Shown: one piece after another, positions 45,001 to 53,523 of the stretch
Layout of the letters: each line of letters opens with the position of its first letter
Numbering within the stretch: position 1 is the stretch's first letter
Origin: Macrostomum lignano
Lineage: Eukaryota
Direction: 5' to 3'
NCBI GenBank assembly: GCA_002269645.1
Contig: NIVC01000654.1
Coordinates: 1-63,548 of the forward strand
DNA: 63,548 bases
The notes under the pieces: model-generated
What the model saw: only the letters and a program-made list of their open reading frames with translations
What the model was told of the DNA's origin: nothing
Database searches by the model: none
Program-made: the position numbers and the translations under genes

Positions 45001-46303
45001 TTTTCGCGAATTTCACCATTTGAATGCATTGCAATTTTCTGGAATCGCCATTTTTGAATGAATATCTGGAAGGCAGATTAAGCTAGAGACACGATTCTTT
45101 CTGGGAAGACAGGGACTGACACGCTCTAATGATCTGTAGAATCTCATATCTGAGTCTTCTAATACAGCTTGGCAATTGCTGATTGATTTTCGCGATTTCA
45201 CCTTATTTAAATGCATTGAAATTTTCCGGAATCGCCTTCGAATATCTGGAAAGCAGATTAAGCTAGAGACACGATTCTTTCTAGGGAAGACAGGGACTGA
45301 CACGCTCTAATGATCTGTAGAATCTCATATCTGAGTCTTCTAATACAGCTTGGCAATTGCTGATTGATTTTCGCGAATTTCACCATTTAAATGCATAGAA
45401 ATTTTCCGGAATCTCCGCCTTCGAATATCTGGAAAGCAGATTAAGCTAGAGACACGATTCTTTCTAGGGAAGACAGGGACTGACACGCTCTAATGATCTG
45501 TAGAATCTCATATCTGAGTCTTCTAATACAGCTTGGCAATTGCTGATTGATTTTCGCGAATTTCACCATTTGAATGCATTGCAATTTTCTGGAATCGCCA
45601 TTTTTGAATGAATATCTGGAAAGCAGATTAAGCTAGAGACACGATTCTTTCTGGAAAGACAGGGACTGACACGCTCTAATGATCTGTAGAATCTCATATC
45701 TGAGTCTTCTAATACAACTTGGCAATTGCTGATTGATTTTCGCGAATTTCACCATTTAAATGCATTGCAATTTTCTGGAATCGCCATTTTTGAATGAATA
45801 TCTGGAAAGCAGATTAAGCTAGAGACACGATTCTTTCTAGGGAAGACAGGGACTGACACGCTCTAATGATCTGTAGAATCTCATATCTGAGTCTTCTAAT
45901 ACAGCTTGGCAATTGCTGATTGATTTTCGCGATTTCATTTAAATACGAAATTTTCCGGAATCTCCGCCTTCGAATATCTGGAAAGCAGATTAAGCTAGAG
46001 ACACGATTCTTTCTAGGGAAGACAGGGACTGACACGCTCTAATGATCTGTAGAATCTCATATCTGAGTCTTCTAATACAGCTTGGCAATTGCTGATTGAT
46101 TTTCGCGAATTTCACCATTTAAATGCATAGAAATTTTCCGGAATCTCCGCCTTCGAATATCTGGAAAGCAGATTAAGCTAGAGACACGATTCTTTCTAGG
46201 GAAGACAGGGACTGACACGCTCTAATGATCTGTAGAATCTCATATTTGAGTCTAGTAATACAGCTTGGCAATTTCTGATTGTTCTTACTGGATTTCCCAT
46301 TTA
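1..46303. repeat. Satellite-like tandem array, ~180-187-bp monomers, two monomer types (A/B) forming a ~371-bp dimer; continues past the left window edge
   Basis: Constant segment GAATATCTGGAAAGCAGATTAAGCTAGAGACACGATTCTTTCTGG(G)GAAGACAGGGACTGACACGCTCTAATGATCTGTAGAATCTCATATCTGAGTCTTCTAATACAGCTTGGCAATTGCTGATTGATTTTC recurs throughout. It is followed by type A (GCGAATTTCACCATTT(A/G)AATGCATTGCAATTTTCTGGAATCGCC(A)TTTTTGAAT) or type B (CTGGATTTCCCTTATTTAAATACATAGAAATTTTCCGGAATCTCCGCCTTC). Measured examples: B 44318-44501 (184 bp), A 44502-44688 (187 bp), A 2555-2740 (186 bp), hybrid 2741-2919 (179 bp), B 2920-3103 (184 bp). Confidence 0.98.
46217..46303. repeat. Diverged, partial terminal monomer at the right edge of the array
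   Basis: TCATATTTGAGTCTAGTAATACAGCTTGGCAATTTCTGATTGTTCTTACTGGATTTCCCATTTAA carries several substitutions in the otherwise invariant segment; unique AT-rich sequence follows. Confidence 0.9.
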
Positions 46304-47376
46304 AGAATTGATGACGACACTCATAAAGCAGAAATTTAAAAAATCATCAAAGTTTCATTTCGTAGTTACCTACTTTCAGTAGCATTTATTGAAAAATTCT
46401 TGGCTGAAAGATTCTGAAAAAGCTACTTTTTTGCCGAGAATGATTTTGATAACATACGAGCGTATTATTTCTTGAAATGAGGTTATAGACTTGAAAATTG
46501 TTCAACAAATAAAAATGGAGATCCAGGAACATAAAATTACTAATAATAGACCCTAGACTTGTTTTTTTGAACAGACCCTAGACTCTAGACTTGAAAAGCG
46601 TGTTTTTTTACACAGTGCCCCCCACTCTGCGCCCTCTCGATAGTAAGTAGTACAGTGAAAATTGTGAAAAACTCGGCGTCGAAATTTCGATGTTCTGGCG
46701 CCCAGCGCCATCTGTTGGACCGGGCGCCAGTGCACCACTGGGACAGCGGTCCTGACTTTCTAAATCATCAGGCATGTACATTCTCTGAGCTTTGGAGGTT
46801 GATCCCTATGCCGACAAACCCTCGGCAAATTTTAAATCCTAGTCTGTTAACAGAGATACACCTTTTAATTGGTTCGAATCGTCACTGTTAGTCTTTCCAG
46901 CCTCTGTTCAAAAATCGTATCTGTATGAAAGACAGCTGATTTATGAGACATCGAGAAAGGGCCTGTCAACTCAAGCTCACAAAGTGGAGTTTAAAAAATT
47001 CCAATGTACACAAATGATATGTCATTCTGCTCACAATGACACTAGGAAGCTGGGTTTGGCAAAAGAAGCGACGGAAATTGGACTTGGGATAGGGGAGAAC
47101 AAGCAACGGAATAATTGATGAGCTTAAGTTGACAAAATAGTCGCTAACTATCACCTTTCCTGTTCTCCCAAGTCATATTTTTGTTGCTTTTTTTGCCAAA
47201 CCCTGATTTCTGGTGTCACTCTGAGCAAAATAACGCATCATTTTTGTACATAGGTTACTCGGGCTCCACACATTGTGAGATTAAGTTGACAGGCATTTTC
47301 AGATTATTATAGTTGAATATACATGTAATTCTGTAATTTCTAATTTTCTCTCACAGTTATTTGATGCAATGCTTAC

Positions 47377-50300
47377 CATCTGTCAAATTCACACTTTGTA
47401 CTTTATAAGAGTTTGAGAAGCAAATAAATCCGGCCAAATCTAATTGCCTGGCTACCGCCTCAGCATCTGCCAAGAAGTCTATGGCATCAAACTTTGATGC
47501 GAACTCCGTACCAGGAGAGGGTCGAAAAAGACCTGCCGAATCTGGCGATGAACTGGACGAACTGTCCGAACTGGAGTTCTGAAATGGAAATAAACTAATA
47601 CGATTGATATCCTACTGGCTTCGTACCCCAATTAGTATGAGCGTATCTTGAGGAATGAAGTATTCAAGACAGGCAGTTGTCAAGTTTCGTTTGTTACATT
47701 TCTAAAGACAATATTATTTAAACCCAGACTCCGGATGGTATACATGTACGCCGGAATTTCCCGGCGTATATATATAGAGGGACCTAAATTACACATTGGC
47801 GTACAACTTGGCGTACAAAGGGGCCTGGCGTGCCCTCTTGGCGTACAGCTTGGCGTATAGAGATTGCCGAGACCAGCAGGTGGGACCAAAAGTTCCGAGT
47901 CCCAACAATAAATCTACATAACTAGCATAAAAAATGATTAAGTTTGCATTTGGCATAGTTTCTATGTACATAGTTACAGTAGCTAAATTTTGATCAGAAA
48001 GAAAAGCCGGGTCTTTACGAAGTATAAGTATAACAAAAATAGTTAAAATAAACTAGTTCTTTACAGTTAAGTAAAAATGTTTTCAGTTTTAACACATAGG
48101 TTGTTTAAATACTGAAAATTTTGCAAGCTTTTAATATAAGTTGTAATTTGTAATTTTTATTTTGGCGTATTTTTGTACGCAATAAAAAAGTTCGTTGGCG
48201 TACATCGGCGTGCATGAGCTACGGAAGTAATTTTCGTTCCGGCGTACAGCGGTACACGATCCTGACCCTGGATTTAAACCTTGCGAATACTCTGCAAGCT
48301 GGTGGTTTTTGCAGTTCTGCTCCCAAGGTTTCTGAGACAATTGACTGCCACAAATTGACTGCAAATCTAGCCCTAACCCTAAACGTAATTTCTAAGATTT
48401 AACCCAACTTTATCTTTAACTCTGACGTTTATCCAAATCTAAGCTAAAGCCCCTAACCCTACCACGAATCGACGGCAGTCTAATATCACTGACAGTCAAG
48501 TTGCTGGCAGTCAAGTCTAATTTTGGCAGTTTGGCAAACATTTGGCAGTCACGTGAACAGTATCCCATTACCAAGCACAGACATGGACTTAAGTTTTTTG
48601 TGACTGGAAACGTAAAATCGTAAAATCTATTTATACAAACTAATTACTTCATCAAGTTTTTTTTGCCTTTTTACTGCACCCTTCATCTAGAAGTTTATAA
48701 TGAACTCAAAATGTCCGAATATACTAGTGAAGACAAATGCGTTAAGAGAGTCTCACCGAATTGTTATGCGATTCATTAAGCGAAGAGATCGAAAACCTAG
48801 ACATGCCACTCAAGGCATCCGGCAGCAGCCGCAGCACCGGTTCCAAGTAACCAACAAAAAATGTGCTGATCCCACTGTGGCTGTTTACAATGGGTACCCA
48901 TTTTTGGTTGGATCTTTCAAAATCGGATTTCGATTCGCAGGCGGGCAGAATGAAAGACGAGACTAGTGTTTCCAACAGATCGTACAAAACCACTGGTGCG
49001 TCCTGGGACAATAGCTCCGGAGCTACAAGGTTGATAGCGATGAACACCTGTCTCGAATTCAAGTAGGGATCCTGGCAGAACCAAAGTCGAGCGTTGCACG
49101 ACGACGGCAGTTGAAGTTGACGCGGGCCTGCTCCATGAGGCTAGCAGGTGAAGTTAGAAATTTTGGTTTGGCTTAGAATTGATAATAAAAGGTAATCTGG
49201 AGCTTCTTCTAAGGGGTCACTTTTACGTCAAGAGCCAAAGCTTACTGTTATGGGCTAAACCGACTGCTTGCCGGACCAGTTTGAACTAGAAACGCCGGAT
49301 AGAATTAAACAAAAGTTTTTTGAAGCTAATTGGGGTTCATAGAAGTTGTTTAACTGATACATTTTTTGTTTAACAAGCTTGAGTGTGTTTAAAATTCCAT
49401 AGGGGCTTGCTCACAAAAAGTGGCTGACGAGTGGGGCGCGTCTGCGTACAGTATTGACGCGCGCTTGTACGAGCGAATTATGTTCTAAAGGGAGTTGCTG
49501 GTTGTGGGACGATTGTCGCCGAAGGCGTTGTTTTGCTATGGTTCTGAAAGCCCTTGAAAGTTAGTTGGATGATATCTCTCTATGAGATCTCGACTGCAGC
49601 AGATAGATCTGAAGTTTTTTCTTCGAGCTCCATTTCGGTGGTAAACTTGACATCCCCATTCAGGTAGTTAAAGACAGTATAACTTCACAAGCCAAAAATT
49701 TAACTTGACACTTCTTTCGAAAAGTCTTGATGGCTACTTTCGCGCTAACTATGAAATATTCGTATAATTTTTTGTGTTGTCTCCAAAAGTTTTAAGCTTA
49801 TGAAAATTTGAGTTTGTAAACGCTCACCCCGTAGAGACTGTGAGATTGACAGAACCAATAAAACTCAACTGTGTTTCTTAATTCTATTCTAAATCTTCTA
49901 GATTCTCTTAAATGCAAAACAGAATAAATTGGTGTCGACTAACCTCTTCTCGGGGCTTCAGACTGAAGTCGGTGCACACAAACGGATTCGGCTTTGGCAT
50001 TTCAAATTCTTTCTCCAATTCGCAGTCGTTTGCAGGCCAAGGTGCCGAGCAGGCGGCTAGAAGTTCTGGCGAAAATTCCTCTTCACTGTGCGGAGATGCA
50101 TCTTTGGCCTGGCTGGACGGCTCGTCTGAGATAGAAGGGTATACAAGTTACTGAGTTAGCATTACACCTGTGTATGATAGTGTATTATATGACCCTTTAG
50201 TTCGATTCTGCGGAATTACTACATGTATGAAACGCTTAAATTACGATCAATTTATTTTATTTTATCAACTGCAGTTGTTTCTTCTTTGATTTAATGAAGT

Positions 50301-50881
50301 GTTGTCAGTGTTTCAAACTGAAAGTATGTTTGTAGAATGGGCCTCAATGCCAGCTAGCAAGTGCGTGGTTCTTGTAGGATAATGAAAAATTAGACTAGCA
50401 ATATGTGCCTTCCGGTTGGCAAGACAGCAACAAAGAAAAGAGTTATTTTTTTCTAAATAAACTACATGTAGGTTTTTACTACTGCCTGCGCTCGTAATAA
50501 CTTACTCGAAGCTTCGCCTTTGCGATTTAGATCCGACACGAACACTTTACATTTTTCGGGCGACAAACAAGTCAGAAAGTCCTCGATTGCTCGAGGCGAG
50601 TATTCGTTGAGCAGATAGCCAGCGAAAATTAATTTGTGAATGGGGAATCTCAGTAGTCGAGATGCAACGCTTAAATTTTCGTCCAAAACGTTTATAATGT
50701 TAGCACGGCGATAGAGGATATCTTCAAAGTTTTTAGCAAGTTTTGTTCGCCTTTGGTGTCTAATTTCGTCATGCAGCCATTTTTTTGGTCCAATTTTTCG
50801 TATTAGTGCTATTAAGCGAAATACAAACTTGATCGTCTGAAATGAGAAAAAAGTTTAACAAAAATATATCAAGAAATCACG

Positions 50882-50929
<48 letters not shown>

Positions 50930-53048
50930 CATAAAAATCTGAGTACCTCGTCCTCCATCTCGGCAGAACAGTGCTTCTGGCAAAAAGTTGTATTGAACGA
51001 AATTTGATAGGAGTCAAAGCCAGTATAGCCGTAGTCTAAAAGATTGGCAACTGGACAACGGCGAAGAATTTCCGGTAGCTCTCCTCGTTTTCTTGAATAT
51101 GCATCCGAGAGTTTTCCAAATAATGTTTCGAACAGGTAGCTCACGTACAAGTCTGGCGAGGTCTCAAACAGATCAGACTGATCTGGCACAGGGAAGACAA
51201 ATCTAATCTCGTCCAAGTTGACGCCTCTACTTCGAATCTGTTTTTTGCAATGGAGTATAAGGAATGCAATGTAAAAACTCAGGGATTAATTTTACAGTTT
51301 TCCAACTGGAGTAACAGGGTGCTACACTACATTTTCTTAGAAATCTGCTAGAGGTTGGTAAAGTACAACATTGTGGGAGTTTGCGGGTGCGCTGCTGGCC
51401 ACAGATAAACACTCGTGCAGCTGCAGGTGGCTGCGATGGTGAGCTGCGGAAGCTGTGCTGCCGGCGGGAGGCCCCATGGTTTAAGGAACGTATATCTGCC
51501 GTATTGCTAAAGCATTTAGTATGCTCTCAAGGAGCCGGGTTTTTCTCGACCGAAGTAGTCTATGGTAAAACTTCATTTAGCGCTATGAGAGCATACAAAA
51601 TAAACTAGCTATCGATGTGACAAATGACTTCCCTTTTTACCGGCCTACACAGGGGCGTCGCCAACGGGGGGGGACAGGTTGGGACATGTCCCCTCCAGTA
51701 AAAGATCTGGGGGGCATAATTTTTGCTGCATGGCGACAATTAAAGCCGACAATTAAATGAGTGCCTGTGGCGCTGAAATGAGTGCCTGCGGCGCTGAAAT
51801 GAGTGCCTGCGGCGCTGAAATGAGTGCTTGCAGCGCTGAAATGAGTGCCTGTGGCGCTAAATTAGGTGTGCAGTGCTAAAATGAGTGCTGACAACACCGG
51901 ATCTGAAAATATTGTACATTTAGGAATTTCGTCGTGTACATGTACTTGCAGAATTCTTGGCTTTGTCTAAAACACCTACATGCAGGACGATTTGATTCCG
52001 TGTGCGGCCAGCTTAATTCTAGGTTTCTGCACTACCCGACGTCAGTGGCAAACCCGACGAGTTTCTAGTACCGAGCACTGGAATGCTTTCCCATGAAAAA
52101 TAACGCACCTTGACTCCCATTTTCGTTCCATCGAACGGGTGCGTCCCGAACAGAATCCGATTAGCAAATGCGTCTGGAAGCTGGCCAAAAGTAGCCAAAA
52201 CTAGGGCCTGAAATCGTAGCCAATTGTACTCAAAATTGTACTCAATTTTAAACAATGCAATCCAGCATAACTATTATTAGTTCGTCCCTCACCTCCAAGT
52301 CATCGAGCGAACGCGAGTCCTCCACAACCAGCCTCACCAAATTTCCAGAGTAGTAGAGGCTGTGAAACTGCGTCAATTGGTCCAGCAGCTTTTCCTCAGT
52401 CCAGTTGGTAATTAGCCGCTCGTCAGGCAGCCTATTAAACTGATGGTTTGGATTGCCAGCGCAGCGCTGCAGCCTCTCGACAGGCTGTATACAATCGGTA
52501 GGACTATCAGCCATTCCCCTCATCAGCGCTTGTCCGATTTCATACCTACAAAACTCGGGTCTTAGTATGTCGGCCGCCAGCTGCTCTAAAATCATGGGCA
52601 TTTCCGTGAAACCCTCCATGCAAACGCTGTACTCAGTGTGAGCTTCAAAAACGCGCATCTTTTCATTATAAATTGATTTTAATTTTAATGTCTTTCGAGA
52701 GATAGCTAGACGCTGGCAGAGCCGTGCCAGGCCTCTGCAATCGGGCGGGTCCTGCAGGTGGCCCACACCAATGCTGATAGTCAAAACCGAACCGTTATGG
52801 TTAAAAATGCCGCCAAAACTGTTCTGACTGATCAGATGAGCTTGCACTCCGTTACTCAGCTCGACGCTGCGGTCCAGATATGGCAGCAAGCTACCCTGTG
52901 AGTCGGTTCGTCTCACTACGAACGAAGCAACGTTTAAGGAACTCGATTGTCGTTCAGCTAGAAATTTACAGCCGACCACCTCAAAATAAATGATTGAAAG
53001 ATGGTGATTAGCGCTGTATTGCCTTCTAATTGACAAGAAAGCGATCAT
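47377..53048 (-). CDS. Gene Z: IDE-like (peptidase M16A) pseudo-peptidase, N-terminal half plus first part of domain 3; 3' end not found
   Basis: Hand-built exons (minus): 53048-52293, 52207-52109, 51237-50947, 50836-50506, 50125-49944, 49140-48757, 47578-47377. All junctions are GT-AG with consistent phases, giving 748 open codons plus 1 nt. IDE-like blocks: RSVELSNGVQAHLIS, DPPDCRGL, GNPNHQF, QFHSLYYSGNL..SLDDL, THPF, FVFPVPDQ, GPKKWLHDE, LSPEKCKVFV, EFEMPKPNPF, ARLWFCQD, FVGYLEPVL. HXXEH is replaced by RLCQR (52710-52724). The start codon is uncertain. Confidence 0.82.
47744..48250. repeat. Clustered GGCGTA(C/T)A motifs with a GC-rich hairpin
   Basis: Stem TACGCCGG (47747-47754) / CCGGCGTA (47761-47768). 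About five TGGCGTA-like copies lie in 47798-47858 and four more in 48163-48248, around an AT-rich middle, in intron 6 of gene Z. Confidence 0.5.
48335..48568. mobile_element. Small non-autonomous-element-like insert with GGCAGTC inverted motifs and internal CCCTAA tracts
   Basis: TTGACTGCCA (48341-48350) is the reverse complement of TGGCAGTCAA (48505-48514). Further GGCAGTC copies occur near 48474 and 48544, and CCCTAACCCTA(A) at 48371 and 48451. No TSD identified; class unknown. Confidence 0.4.
49450..49750 (-). pseudogene. Possible degenerate copy of the domain-3 exon inside intron 5 of gene Z
   Basis: Minus frame reads MELEEKTSDLSAAVEIS*RDIIQLTFKGF (TAG at 49580-49582), comparable to C exon MELSISRSSNGIQLCFSGY. 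The similarity is short and judged by eye. Confidence 0.35.
50886..50926. repeat. (GA)20 microsatellite
   Basis: Uninterrupted GA run in the short intron 50837-50946 of gene Z. Confidence 0.98.
51755..51890. repeat. Minisatellite, 21-bp unit, about 5 good and 1-2 decayed copies
   Basis: AAATGAGTGCCTG(C/T)GGCGCTG tandem copies in intron 2 of gene Z, about 100 bp after a CAGGGGCGTCGCC motif (51650-51662). Confidence 0.92.
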
Positions 53049-53159
53049 CCATTTAAAAATACACTAGCAATCCAACAAAAGGGAGCCAACAATAATGGAG
53101 TAAAAATTTTTGAATAAACCACATGCAGCTTCTCTTTGCAATAACCTCAGATACTCGCA

Positions 53160-53330
53160 AGGCTTGACATTTCAGCAATTCCCCCCTGCACAAGCCTCAA
53201 CATATCAACTTCCCCCCCGTGAGCCTTGACATCTCAGCGATGCCCCCCATAAGCCTTGAAATCTAAAAAATCCTCTGTCAACCTTGAAATCTCCCTAACC
53301 CCATCCCTAACTCTAACCCTAATCCTAAAG
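53160..53330. repeat. Imperfect ~30-bp tandem repeats ending in a degenerate CCCTAA tract
   Basis: About five (G/A)CCTTGA(C/A)AT(T/C)TC.. units with C-runs, then CCCTAACCCCATCCCTAACTCTAACCCTAATCCTAA (53293-53328); lies between the last exon of A and the start of Z. Confidence 0.65.
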
Positions 53331-53523
53331 CCGTGACATTTAAGTAATTCTCCCCAAGAGTCATTATAGACCCAGATAATGTTAACATCAATTTGAGTTT
53401 GTCCTACCCCCCCCCCGAGCAATTTTCTTTTCCTAGGGCTTGCAAATTCTAAATAGGATTTTCCATATTTACTTTTTTTCTAAAATTCCCGCATTTGATA
53501 ATCGTCCTTCTGTTCAAACTAAC

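Noticed and set aside
190-46035. The many minus-strand ORFs in the array, including the 251-aa ORF at 15882-16637
   Set aside because: All are translations of the same monomer. Their length depends on G3/G4 and T-run indels that happen to make units a multiple of 3 (a 183-bp B unit is fully open). There is no consistent frame across units.
1-46303. CRISPR-like reading (constant repeat plus variable spacer)
   Set aside because: The constant part is ~133 bp, the 'spacers' are only two homologous types and their mixtures, there are no cas genes, and the context is spliceosomal-intron eukaryotic DNA.
1-46303. Hammerhead-ribozyme satellite or retrozyme
   Set aside because: No CTGANGA core on either strand of the monomer (closest are CTAATGA and CTGATTGA). 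An Infernal/Rfam scan would settle other ribozyme classes.
1-46303. Tandem SL RNA or snRNA genes (AATTTTCTGG resembles an Sm site)
   Set aside because: The motif is imperfect, lies in the variable segment and is absent from type B, and I recognise no leader sequence.
51650-51900. Complete TIR DNA transposon starting CAGGGGCGTCGCC
   Set aside because: No matching reverse-complement terminus or target-site duplication found downstream.
48371-53328. True telomere or chromosome-fusion site from CCCTAA tracts
   Set aside because: Only two to six degenerate hexamers embedded in small repeat elements, with no long or head-to-head telomeric array.
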